Source: Heterodontus francisci
Taxonomy: Eukaryota
Length of the DNA stretch: 64,000 nt
Direction: 5' to 3'
NCBI RefSeq assembly: GCF_036365525.1
Contig: NC_090382.1
Span: 111,076,372-111,140,371 of the forward strand
Below are positions 24,380 to 36,709 of this stretch, piece by piece. Positions within the stretch are counted from its first letter, which is position 1. Every line of letters starts with the position of its first letter. Both the position numbers and the translations under genes were made by a program. The notes beneath the pieces were generated by a model. That model had not been told where the DNA came from. It made no database searches and saw nothing but the letters and a program-made list of their open reading frames with translations.

Positions 24380-24495
24380 AAGGCAAAATATTAAGATGCT
24401 GGAAATATTCAGGAGGTCAGGCAGCATCTGTGGAGAAAGAAACAAAATGAACAGAGTGAAAGTTTCATGTCTTTGACCTTTCATAAGAACTGATC
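24380..24495 (-). mobile_element. Degenerate Penelope terminal-repeat fragment
   Basis: Reverse complement resembles the Penelope terminus (..TCCACAGATGCTGCCTGACC..TTCCAGCAT). Confidence 0.65.
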
Positions 24496-24850
24496 AAGTG
24501 TTAACAGAGTTGACATGAGTTGAAACGTAAATGAAAAAAAAATTATACCGATTGCACCAGTTCATGTGTTAATTTGCCCGCGATACTTTACGTCGTGGAA
24601 TTTTTAAAAAATGCAGCTGGAGACAGGTGTCGGCCGTAATCGCTGCTACAAGATATCGAACAGACTATTATGAGTGCTCAATCCGAATGCGAAGTAGCCA
24701 GACCAGCTAAAGGTAAGCGATAGCTAAAGTTAATTGAAGATGCCGAACATGCATCTGTCTGAAAGAAAGTACAGTGTTCTATAAATGGGGCAAGGGTTCT
24801 TTCCAGATTTTTGCTGTTTCATAAACTGAAAGCGATATTATTATTTATTG

Positions 24851-26932
24851 TCACTGACCTCATCTCCTCTGGAGATCTTCCGTCTACAGCTTCCAACCTC
24901 ACAGTTCTGCAACCCCGAACAGCCCGCTTCTACCTCCTTCCCAAAATCCACAAACGGGACTGTCACGGCAGACCCATTGTGTCAGCCTGCTCCTGCCCCA
25001 CTAAACTTATTTCTTCCTATCTTGACTCGATCTTTTCTCCGCTGGTCCAGTCTCTTCCCACGTACATCCGTGACTCTTCTGACGCCCTACGTCATTTTGA
25101 CAATTTCCAGTTTCCTGGTCCCAACCGCCTCCTCTTCACTATGGACGTCCAATCGCTCTACACCTCCATCCCCCACCAGGATGGTTTAAGGGCTCTCCGA
25201 TTCTTCCTTGAACAGAGGCCCAACCAGTCCCCATCCACCACCACCCTCCTCCGCCTGGCTGAACTTGTTCTCACATTGAACAACTTCTCCTTCAACTCCA
25301 CTCACTTCCTTCAAGTAAAAGGTGTTGCTATGGGTACCCGCATGGGTCCTCGTTATGCCTGTCTTTTTGTGGGATATGTCGAGCATTCTTTGTTCCAGTC
25401 CTACTCAGGCCCCCTCCAACAACTCTCTTTCCATGATGACTGTCTCGGTGCTGTTTCCTGCTCCTGCCCCAAACTGGAAAACTTTATCAACTTTGCTTAC
25501 AATTTCCACCCTTCTCTCACCTTTACATGGTCCATCTCTGACACTTCCCTTTCCTTACTCGCCTTCTCTGTTTCCATCTCTGGGGATAGGTTGTCTACTA
25601 ATATCCATTATAAGCCCACTGACTGCCACAGCTACCTCGACTACACTTCTTCACACCCTACCTCCTGTAAAGACTCCATTCCATTCTCCCAGTTTCTCCG
25701 TCTCCGACGCATCTGCTCTGATGATGCTACCTTCCATGACAGTGCTTCTGATATGACCTCCTTTTTCCTCAACCGAGGATTCCCCCCCACTGTGGTTGAC
25801 AGGGCCCTCAACCGTGTCCGGCCCATTTCCCACACCTCTACCCTCACCTCTTCCCTCCCTCCCAGAACCGTGATAGGGTTCCCCTTGTCCTCACTTTCCA
25901 CCCCATCAGCCTCCATATCCAAAGGATCATCCTCCACCATTTCTGCCACCTCCAGCGTGATGCCACTACCAAATGCATCTTCCCCTCCCTTCCCCTGTCA
26001 GCATTCAGAAGGGATCATTCCCTCTGTGACACCCTGGTCCACTCCTCCATTACCCCCACCATTTCATCCCCGACCCATAGCACCTTCCCCTGCAATCACA
26101 ACAGGTGTAATACCTGCCCATTTACCTCCTCTGTCCTCACTATCCCAGGCCCCAAACACTCCTTTCAGGTGAAGCAGCGATTTACTTGTACTTCTTTCAA
26201 TGTGGTATACTGTATTCGCTGCTCACAATGTGGTCTCCTCTACATTGGGGAGACCAAACGCAGACTGGGTGACCGCTTTGTGGAACACCTCTGCTCAGTC
26301 CGCAAGCAGGACCCTGAGCTTCCAGTTGATTGCCATTTCAACACTCCCCCCTGCTGTCATGCTCACATCTCTATCCTGGGCTTGCTGCAGTGTTCCACTG
26401 AACATCAACGCAAGCTCGAGGAACAGCATCTCATTTTTCGATTAGGCACACTACAGCCTGCCGGACTGAACATTGAGTTCAATAATTTCAGAGCATGATG
26501 GGCCCCCCATTTTACTTTTATTTTTAGTTATTTTTTCTTTTTGACATTTTTTATAATTTTTTTCTTTTGTTTATTTCATTTCATCGTAGTTTGTTCAGTT
26601 TGCTTACCCACTGTTTTTTTCATGTTTGTACTTGCTGCTGTTTAATCTTCAGCCCGTTAACACCTTATCTGTACTAATGCTTTGTCTTTCAATGTACCAT
26701 TAACATATTGTTTGCCTTTGCTCCATGACCTCTTGGTCAGCTATCTGGCCTTGTCCAATCTACACCTTCTCCTTTGTTATCTCTAGCCCCACCCCCGGCT
26801 CACTTGCTTATAATCTTTGACATTTCTAATACTTGCTAGTTCCGAAGAAGGGTCACTGACCCGATTGTTAACTCTGCTTCTCTTTCCACAGATGCTTCCA
26901 GACCTGCTGAGTGGTTCCAGCATTTCTTGTTT
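24851..26932 (+). mobile_element. Penelope-like element (Neptune-type), 5'-truncated: RT plus GIY-YIG endonuclease plus terminal repeat
   Basis: FYLLPKIHK, GRPIVS, MDVQSLYTSIP, GVAMG; CNHNRCNTC linker; VVYCIRCSQCGLLYIGET; frameshifted; 15-bp TSD TATTATTATTTATTG (24836-50, 26933-47). Confidence 0.92.
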
Positions 26933-27327
26933 TATTATTATTTATTGCACGTGTATAAAGGCTGCCCAGAATGTAAAATACACACTACTTCGCTAAGAAT
27001 TAATTTCATGCAACAAAAATGTAGAACATGAGCATATGACACACAAATATACTTATGCTAAAAACAACTACACGAAAAGCGCAGTAAAATGTATCTGTTC
27101 AGATCATGTACCAAATCGCGTCCTTTTGTATAATGCAGCTAACTGATTATAAACACAGTCTAGTTTATTCATAACATACACAGAGCAGCGCAGCTGTAAG
27201 AACACTGCTCGCATGAAGATGTGGCAATGAACCATTGACAACTGTTAGCAACACGGATGCATGTAAGGACTACAGTATTTCGTCGATGCACATTAAGTCG
27301 ATTTAAAAGAAAATACAACTGTAAAAT

Positions 27328-27475
27328 GAGTTAATATTTTATAAGCTCCTGTCTGATGATTTTGATTGCACACTTCTAAATATACATATTTTGAAGCAGT
27401 AGAGTTAATATTTTATAAGCTCCTGTCTGATGATTTTGATTGCACACTTCTAAATATACATATTTTGAAGCAGTA
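27328..27475. repeat. Perfect 74-bp tandem duplication in the paralogue 2 promoter
   Basis: 27328-27401 is identical to 27402-27475. Confidence 0.95.
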
Positions 27476-27492
27476 CAGCTTTAAGAACAATT

Positions 27493-27538
27493 GTTGCAGT
27501 TATTGGTTGGAACACATTGTGTCGCTGTCTACCAATAA
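27493..27538 (+). promoter_or_regulatory. Pcdh CSE (CGCT box) with inverted CCAAT pair, paralogue 2
   Basis: GTGTCGCTGTCTACCAAT at 27519-27536, CGCT 273 bp upstream of the ATG. Confidence 0.85.
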
Positions 27539-27795
27539 GGAGATGAGACCTGCAAGAGATCTACCCCCTCCGCCGGCAGGGAAACACAGAACAGAGTCGA
27601 AGTGAGAGAGATAGGACAGAAAGACGGCGTTTATGTTGTGTGGATGTATTCGGGAAAAAAATGCTGATTGAATTTGTATCTCTCGGTTCAGTATTAACAT
27701 TTTCATGTACGGTCGACTTGTCTTTTTGGTGACAGAGATTACTATTAGTAATTGACAGAAATTTAAACTTTTTGTAGCAAACTCCGCCCAGAACA

Positions 27796-30201
27796 ATGGC
27801 GAATGCAATCAACAGTGCGACGTCTTTCATTTTCCTGCTTTGTGTATCAGACCTCATTTCGGGTCAAATTCGCTACTCGATTCCCGAGGAGCTGGAACAT
27901 GGGGCCTTTGTTGGGAATATAGCTGAGGATTTAAGCCTAAACGCTCATGAATTATCGACCCGCAAATTTCGAATGGTCTCCAATGACAGGAAGCAATACT
28001 TAGAGGTAAATCTGGAAAATGGAATTATATTTGTTTATGAAAGAATCGACAGAGAACAGCTTTGTAGGCAAAGCTCTACCTGTTCCCTTTCGTTTCAAAT
28101 AACTCTCGACAAACCTCTGGAAATGCATCGCGTTGCAGTGGAAATACTAGATGTAAATGATAATTCCCCTAGTTTTTCAAAGAATGAATATGCCTTACGG
28201 ATTATTGAGGTAATTGCGCCAGGGACGCGGTTGCCTCTCGAGAGCGCGCACGACCCGGACGTGGGCAAAAATGCAATCAGGACTTACCAGATCAGTCCAA
28301 ACGAACACTTCAGCCTCAGAGTTCAGACAAGAAATGATGGGAGTAAAAGTGCCGAGCTCTTATTAGAGAAACCCTTGGATCGTGAACAACAGTCAACTAT
28401 TTATCTTCTCTTGACTGCCATTGACGGTGGGAGTCCCCAAAGATCTGGCACAGCTCGGATTGTCATCACTATTATGGACGCGAATGATAACGCACCTGTA
28501 TTTGATCATGAAACATATAGGACTAATGTTCTAGAGAACACCCCCAAAGGTACTTTAGTGATAAAAGTCAATGCTGTTGATTTAGATGAAGGTACAAACG
28601 CTGAACTAACATATTCTTTCACCAGTCACGCTTCCCAAAAGGCTCGTGACTTGTTCAAATTGGACCCGAGAACTGGAGAGATTAGAGTTGAAGGAGTACT
28701 GGATTTTGAAGAATCAAATATGTGTGAGCTTGATGTAGAAGCTATGGATAAAGGTTCCTATGCAATGGCAGCACATGCCAAAGTTATGGTCGGACTAATT
28801 GACATGAATGATAACATGCCTGAGATTGAGGTGACGTCGGTATCCAGTACAGTCCCGGAAGATACGCAGCCTGGGACCGTGATAGCTACAATCAGTGTAA
28901 GGGATGCCGACTCGGGTGAAAATGGGCAGGTTCAATGTGAAGTTGATATGGATATTCCATTCAAGTTTCAGAAGTCCTTGAGCAACAGCTATAAATTGGT
29001 TACAAATAATATTTTGGATCGTGAAACGACCGCACTATACAACATATCAATCTCTGCCCGGGACAGAGGATCTCCTCCGCTTGCAACAAATAAAAATATA
29101 ATGGTGTCAGTTTCTGATGTCAATGATAATCCTCCAAAATTTACACAGTCCTCATATAATGTGTTTGTGACAGAGAACAATACACCTGGTGCTTCTATAT
29201 TTGCCGTCACCGCTTTAGATCCAGATTTGGATCAGAATGGACAAGTGTCGTATTTTATGCTGGAAAATCAGATCAAATATATGTCTGCATTTCCTTATAT
29301 TGCGATTAACTCGAAGAGTGGGAATATTAATGCTCTGCTTTCATTTGACTATGAGCAGCTGAAGAATTTTCAGATCAATGTCCAAGCTCAGGATTCTGGC
29401 TCTCCTCCACAAAGCAGCACTGCCATCGTGAACATTATTATCTTGGACCAAAATGACAATGCTCCGATTATTGTTTCACCTTTAGCGTGCAACAGTTCAT
29501 CAGCCATAGAGATAGTGCGCCAATCCCTATATCCAGGATACTTGGTCACCAAGGTAATCGCAACTGATGCGGATTCTGGGCAGAACATGCGGCTTTCCTT
29601 CCAAATGTTGGAAGCCACTGATCCTAGTCTCTTCAGTGTGGGATTACTCTCTGGAGAAATCAGAGCAGCTCGACGTTTCAAGGAGCAAGACGCCACCACA
29701 CAAAGAGCGGTCATCATGGTGAAGGACAATGGACAGCCAAGCCTCTCCAGCTCGGCCACAATCTTCTTTTCTGTCTTGTCCAATGTTACTGAAAAGCTCT
29801 CCGTACAAAGTCACCAACCCAGAAATACTGAGCATTTTTCGGATCTGCATGCTTACTTAATCATTATTTTTGGCTCAACTACCTTTATATTTCTTGTAAC
29901 CATCATTTTTCTGGTTATGCTGAAGTGCAAACAGGGCAGGAATACAAATCATTGCCATCCCACACGTTGTTGTTGCTGCAGGCGAAGTAATTCAAATGAT
30001 GTGTTTAATCCGAGAACCGCCCCAAAAGAATTTTTAAATTATCCGGTAGCACGTCAGACGCTTCCCAATTCTGAAAGTTATCATTATACTGTCTGTTTAT
30101 CTCCAGAATCATCCAGAAGTGATTTCTTGTTCCTAAAACCCTACGAAGCAACTTTACCTCTCAATGATTTAAATGCTCGTGACAGCAGCGTGAGAAAATA
30201 A
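27796..30201 (+). CDS. Clustered protocadherin, variable-exon-type ORF (801 aa), paralogue 2
   Basis: Signal peptide, QIRYSIPEE, six EC repeats, TM, Cys-rich juxtamembrane CCCCRR, YTVCLSPESSRSDFLFLKP. Confidence 0.96.
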   Translation: MANAINSATSFIFLLCVSDLISGQIRYSIPEELEHGAFVGNIAEDLSLNAHELSTRKFRMVSNDRKQYLEVNLENGIIFVYERIDREQLCRQSSTCSLSFQITLDKPLEMHRVAVEILDVNDNSPSFSKNEYALRIIEVIAPGTRLPLESAHDPDVGKNAIRTYQISPNEHFSLRVQTRNDGSKSAELLLEKPLDREQQSTIYLLLTAIDGGSPQRSGTARIVITIMDANDNAPVFDHETYRTNVLENTPKGTLVIKVNAVDLDEGTNAELTYSFTSHASQKARDLFKLDPRTGEIRVEGVLDFEESNMCELDVEAMDKGSYAMAAHAKVMVGLIDMNDNMPEIEVTSVSSTVPEDTQPGTVIATISVRDADSGENGQVQCEVDMDIPFKFQKSLSNSYKLVTNNILDRETTALYNISISARDRGSPPLATNKNIMVSVSDVNDNPPKFTQSSYNVFVTENNTPGASIFAVTALDPDLDQNGQVSYFMLENQIKYMSAFPYIAINSKSGNINALLSFDYEQLKNFQINVQAQDSGSPPQSSTAIVNIIILDQNDNAPIIVSPLACNSSSAIEIVRQSLYPGYLVTKVIATDADSGQNMRLSFQMLEATDPSLFSVGLLSGEIRAARRFKEQDATTQRAVIMVKDNGQPSLSSSATIFFSVLSNVTEKLSVQSHQPRNTEHFSDLHAYLIIIFGSTTFIFLVTIIFLVMLKCKQGRNTNHCHPTRCCCCRRSNSNDVFNPRTAPKEFLNYPVARQTLPNSESYHYTVCLSPESSRSDFLFLKPYEATLPLNDLNARDSSVRK

Positions 30202-31659
30202 CTTTCATACAGAACATAATTGGCAATAATTTACTGTTGTGGTGAGTTGGTCTCTTGTGCGCTACAAGACAACTACATCTATGTACATTCACACCGCCCA
30301 AATATGTATAGATAGTAACAGAGATGCCTGTTTGCTTTTTGCCAATGTTCTGAATGCCGTCAGTACAGCATTTTGTGTTAGCATTCACATAAATACCTGG
30401 CTGCCTAGTGGTTGAAATTTCCGTTTTGCAATCAATTTTTTACCCTAATGGCTATAAATGTAGCAGACGACAGTGTAAAAGCTTTCTTTTCAAAAACTAT
30501 GTTTCATTAAAACGTTCGATTTTAGATTTGAATGTGGGAAGAAGTTTGCAGTTTTCAATACATATCGGCTGCTCAATATTATTTTTTCTTCCCAGTTGAC
30601 TTACATCGCTTTTGCATGGAATACGTTGAAGCAGAAAATAGATCAACCGAATCGTGATTGTTTCCTTCTGCCAATACTTATGCCCTGCCGTCTTGTCAAT
30701 CGGCGCAACATATGCTTTCTGAACCGATCAGCATGTAACATGAGAGAACTCTTTGACCTGCAATGATCTGATGTCTTTTCGAAACTTCATGGAAACATAA
30801 ATGTCTTTCTGGAGGCATTTGGAAGAAACGTGTTTAAAATGTTTCAATAGCACATCAACTTTGGAAGGGAATGTGCTGTATGCAAAACTTGCCAACTTTG
30901 GAACTTTTTCCTCACCAGAGCTTAAAGGGTTATATACACGAGTGTAGAGAAATTATTGGGGGAATAGTAAGAAATTAGAATTTCAATTGGCAACGGCTGA
31001 TCAATAATACTATGTAATTAGCAAACCAAAACTTTGCACGTTGTTTAGCCATGGTCTCCAACGAGGATCTCGAACTTTAGCCCGAAGGTGTCGTGCGGCC
31101 CGGAACCGTGGCAGTCGGACTCCCAAGCCCCAAGCAACTCAGTCCTGCTTGTGATCACATATATTATTAGTAGTTGCTAGTTTTGTTTCAAGCTTCTTTG
31201 GAATTGTGTCCCATTGGTCGATAAAGCTAACTCAAAACATTATTTATGTAAGTACTAGCAACTTGGACATAAATAAAACAATGGAAACGTCGAAGAAAAT
31301 AATTGTAAAAATTACTATCACACAGACATGACGCTCATATTGGCATGAAGATATTATTTGAACACAACATTCCAACTACGTTTTTCTCTTAAATAAGGTT
31401 TTGTCTATCAATCTGCTACTTACTCTGTAAACGTATTATCCTTTCAATTATGTTGATTTTAGAATGCCTTTATATTACCTTAGCCTCTTTATATGGCCTC
31501 GTTGTAAATAGGAACATATGACAACGCGGACGGGAAAGGGTTGTCTGCTCAACTGAACATCTACCATACAGTCGTAAGGTTACTAGGCTTCAAGACGCCA
31601 CTATTCCTTCCCACCGTCAGCCATGCTATCACCCGGGAGAGGCAAATGATCCGCTTTAT

Positions 31660-34600
31660 TACTGGTTAAGCAGAATATCACAGCTGTACTGCGGAGGACA
31701 CCTCGGAGGGGTCGTGCAGCGAGGCAATATGGGTGGAGCTCAGGAATAGGAAGGGTGCAGTCACGATGTTGGGGGATTTCTACAGGCCTCCCAACAGCCA
31801 GCGGGAGGTAGAGGAGCAGATATGTAGACAGATTTTGGAAAGATGTAAAGGTAACAGGGTTATAGTGGTGGGTGATTTTAACTTCCCCGATATTGACTGG
31901 GACTCACTTAGTGCGAGGGGCAGAATTTGTAAGGAGCATCCAGGAGGGCTTGTTGAAACAATATGTAGATAGTCCAACTAGGGATGAGGCCATACTGGAC
32001 CTGGTATTGGGGAATGAGCCTGGCTAGGTGGTCGAAGTTTCAGAAGGGGAGCATTTCGGGAGCAGTGACCATAATTCCATAAGTTTTAAGGTACTTGTGG
32101 ATAAGGATATGAGTAGTCCTCGGGTGAAGGTGCTAAATTGGGGGAAGGCTAATTATAGCAATATTAGGCAGGAACTGAAGAATTTAGATTGGGGGCGGCT
32201 GTTTGAGGGTAAATCAATATCTGACATGTGGGAGTCTTTCAAATATCAGTTGATTAGAATCCAGGACTGGCATGTTCCTGTGAGGAAGAAGGATAAGTTT
32301 GGCAAGTTTCGGGAACCTTGGATAACGTGGGATATTGTGAGCCTGAAAAGAAAAAGGAAGCATTCATAAGGGCTGGAAGGCTAGGAACAGATGAGTCCCT
32401 TGAGGAATATAAAGACAGTAGGAAGGAACTTAAGCGAGGAGTCAGGAGGGCTAAAAGGGGTCATGAAAAGTCATTGGCAAACAGGATTAAGGAAAATCCC
32501 AAGGCTTTTTATACGTATATAAAGAGCAAGAGGGTAACTAGGGAAAGGGTTGGCCCACTCAAGGATAGAGAAGGGAATCTATGTGTGGAGCCAGAGGAAA
32601 TGGGCGAGGTACTAAATGAATACTTTGCATCAGTATTCACCAATGAGAAGGACTTGGTGGATGATGAGCCTAGGGAAGGGAGTGTAGATAGTCTCAGTCA
32701 TCTCATTATCAAAATGGAGGAGGTGTTGGGTGTCTTGCAAAGCATTAAGGTAGATAAGTCCCCAGGGACTGATGGAATCTACCCCAGAATACTGAGGGAG
32801 GCAAGGGAAGACATTGTTGGGGCCTTGACAGAAATCTTTGCATCCTCATTGGCGACTGGTGAGGAAACAGAGGACTGGAGAATAGCCAATGTTGTTCCGT
32901 TGTTTAAGAAGGATAGCAAGGATAATCCAGGAAATTATAGGCCGGTGAGCCTTACGTCAGTGGTAGGCAAATTATTGGAAAGGATTCTTCGGGACAGTAA
33001 TTACTCCCATTTGGAAACAAACGAACTTATTAGCGAGAGGCAGCATGGTTTTGTGAAGGGGAGGTCGGGTCTCACTAGTTTGATTGAGTTTTTTGAGGAA
33101 GTGACAAAGATGATTGATGAAGGAAGGGCAGTGGATGTTATCTATATTGACTTCAGTAAAGCCTTTGACAAGGTCCCTCATGGCAGACTAGTACAAAAGG
33201 TGAAGTCACATGGGATCAGAGGGGAGCTGGCAAGATGGATACAGAACTGGCTCTGTCATAGAAAACAGATGGTAGCAGTGGAATGGAGGGATGTGACTAG
33301 TGGTGTTCCATAGGGATCAGTGCTGGGACCTTTGCTGTTTGTAGTATCGATAAATGATTTGAAGGAAAATGTAGCTGGTCTGATTAGTAAGTTTGCGGAC
33401 GACACAAAGGTTGGAGGAGTTGCAGATAGTGATGAGGACTGTCAGAGGATACAGCAGGTTATAGATCGGTTGGAGACCTGGGCGGAAAAATGGCAGATGG
33501 AGTTTAATTCGGACAAATGTGAGGTATTGGATTTTGGAAGGCCTAATGCAGGTGGGAAGTATACAGCAAATGACAGAACCCTTAGGAGTATTGACAGACA
33601 GAGATATCTGGGCGAACAGGTTCACAGCTCATTGAAAGTGGCAACGCAGGTTGACAAGGTAGTCAAGAAGGCATACGGCATGCTTGCCTTCATCAGTAGG
33701 GGCATAGAGTCTAAAAATTGGCAAGTCATGCTGCAGCTGTACAGAACTTTAGTAAGGCCACACTTAGAATATTGCGTGCAATTCTGGTCACCACCCTACC
33801 AGAAGGACGCGGAGGCTTTGGAGAGGGTACAGAAGATGTTTACCAGGATATTGCCTGATCTGGAGGACATTAGCTGTGAGGAGTGGTTGGATAAACGCGG
33901 ATTGTTTTCACTGGAACGACAAGGTGGCGGGGCGACATGATAGAGGTTTACAAAGTTATGAGCGGCATAGAACATTGAACATAGAACATTACAGCGCAGT
34001 ACAGGCCCTTCGGCCCTCGATGTTGCGCCGACCTGTGAAACCATCTGACCTACACTATTCCATTTTCATCCATATGTCTATCCAATGACCACTTAAATGC
34101 CCTTAAAGTTGGCGAGTCTACTACTGTTGCAGGCAGGGCGTTCCACGCCCCTACTACTCTCTGAGTAAAGAAACTACCTCTGACATCTGTCCTATATCTA
34201 TCACGCCTCAACCTAAAGCTATGTCCCCTCGTGTTTGCCATCACCATCCGTGGAAAAAGACTCTCACTATCCACCCTATCTAACCCTCTGATTATCTTAT
34301 ATGTCTCTATTAAGTCACCTCTCCTCCTCCTTCTCTCTAACGAAAACAACCTCAAGTCCCTCAGCCTTTCCTCGTAAGACCTTCCCTCCATACCAGGCAA
34401 CATCCTAGTAAATCTCCTCTGCACCCTTTCCAAAGCTTCCACATCCTTCCTATAATGCGGTGACCAGAACTGCATGCAGTACCCCAAGTGCGGCCGCACC
34501 AGAGTTTTGTACAGCTGCAGAATGACCTCGTGGCTCCGAAACTCGATCCCCCTACTAATAAAAGCTAACACACCATATGCCTTCTTAACAGCCCTATTAA

Positions 34601-35120
34601 CCTGGGTGGCAACTTTCAGGGATTTATGTACCTGGACATCAAGATCTCTCTGCTCATCTACACTACCAAGAATCTTCCCATTAGCCCAGTACTCTGCATT
34701 CCTGTTACTCCTTCCAAAGTGAATCACCTCACACTTTTCCGCATTAAACTCCATTTGCCATCTCTCAGCCCAGCTTCGACAGAGTGGATAGTCAGAAGCT
34801 TTTTCCCAGGGTGGAGGAGTCAGTTACTAGGGGACATGGGTTTAAGGTGAGAGGGGCAAAGTTTAGAGGGGATGTGCGAGGAAAGTTCTTTACACAGAGT
34901 GTGGTGAGTGCCTGGAACATGCTGCCGGGGGAGGTGGTTGAGGCAAGTACGATAGCAACGTTTAAGAGGCATCTTGACAGATACATGAATGGGATGGGAA
35001 TAGAGGGATACGGACCCCGGAAGTGCAGAAGGTTTTAGTTTCGGCAGGCATCAAGATCGGCGCAAGCTTGGAGGGCCGAATGGCCTGTTCCTGTGCTGTA
35101 TTGATCTTTGTTCTTTGTTA
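31660..35120 (+). mobile_element. CR1 LINE (ORF2 with stops and frameshifts) containing a nested CR1
   Basis: ORFs 31733-33940 and 34784-35038 are collinear CR1 EN-RT; ends GGGCCGAATGGCCT..TTCTTTG. Confidence 0.92.
33972..34777 (-). mobile_element. Young CR1 3' fragment nested in the opposite orientation
   Basis: Uninterrupted 234-aa ORF 34050-34754; tail AACAT(A/T)G repeats; host resumes GACAGAGTGGATAG. Confidence 0.92.
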
Positions 35121-36709
35121 TACAAATCTGGGCCAGTTTGAGTGAAGCAAATCTCTAAATCTATCAAATTACGTTCAAAAAATCAAAGTGACCATGCGGA
35201 ACATTTCTTTTCGCCATTCTCGGGTTGTGGATATCGCTGGCAAGGCCTTCATTTATTATCTATGCCTGGTTGCTTTGGTGAACCTTCTTCTTAAACAGCT
35301 GTAATCAGTGAGGTGAAGTTGCTCCAACTCTGCATTATTTGTAGCGGTTTAATAAAACTAAATGACCTGCTGAACAGGAAAGCATCAGCAATTAAGAGTC
35401 AATTAAGAATTGCTTTGGGAATAGAGTCATATATATATATCAAACCGGGTGAGGACATCAAATGCCGATTGTTCCGAAAATTCAACAGCTTCATTGTCAT
35501 TATTATTGAAGTAAGATTGTTCAATTAAACGACTTTAAACTCGGAACGATTGTCGTAGTTTTTCTTTGGAATTTTTACGGGGCCTTTGTATCACACTGAA
35601 TGTGAGGGACATTAAAGTGTACTAGGTGTTCCAGATGGGGCCAAACTAGGCCATACAAAAGGGCACCATTGTTCTGCATGGTTTATGGCGTTTCGTCCTT
35701 GCCCTACACCCTCTCTTCGCATTTTTTTTCTCTCGAGTGACTATGCAACATCAAAGAACAAGTGGAATACCCTATGTCCCTGTCCTTCTAAAGAGGCTTG
35801 AGGATAGCCCGACCGAATTGCATTACACTACATTTATCGACGTTAAATGACACATACGAGATGCAGACCCATTCAAAAATCGCATCCAGATCAGTTTGCA
35901 ATCGATTTTTATCATGGAAGTTTCTAACACTAGCTAAGATCTCTTTGATGTCTGTTCAGGAATGTATTTGCACATATTTTCGTCCCTACACATTCTAAGA
36001 ATTGTTCCCTTTTTGAAAAATCTGAATACTTAAAAGTCGTGGGTGGAATCCTTATTCTTCAAGAATCTAAATTGAGTCTAAAAAAATTTCCAAAATATCC
36101 CAGAATGTACGGAGGAGCTGAATAATCAAATACTGCTGCTATTCTTTGCGTTTTATGGATCTGCGTTCTCAACTCTCTTTTCCCCTCTATCCCATTTATT
36201 TGCTTATATTTTAGGGAATAAGTGATGCCTTTATTTCTCCGACCAAAATGGGAAGGTTAAAACTTCGCTTAATTGAATTTAATTTGCCATTCATCTTCCC
36301 TCTCTGCAAGCCATTTATGTCGTCCTGCCTTTTACTACAAGTAAAACGTGCAAAGAAGTGAGTCAGAATAAATGTATGGATGCTTATGATTTCTCTGCTG
36401 GCAGGGATAATAACAAGGCAAACATCTGCTAGTGCAAAGATGAAGAATGTAACTGTAACACAACACAGTTACGTCAGCTGTTCCCAATCTGTGCCAGGAT
36501 TCTTGTTCACCTGCTCTGAATCTATCAAATATTGAAAACTTCATAGACACGGTATGAGCTCATATGATTCTTCACACGATGAAGCAAACGTACCAACAAT
36601 GTTATGTGGAATTACTTCCGAAACAGTGGATTTCACAACCTTTAAAAGGCTTGTTGTACCTTTAAAGTCTTTGCCTGTGTTGACACCATTTAGCTGCCCA
36701 TATATATAT

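Noticed and set aside
24811-26172. 453-aa ORF with a Ser/Pro-rich tail
   Set aside because: Penelope RT with a frameshift near 25860; the tail is out-of-frame translation
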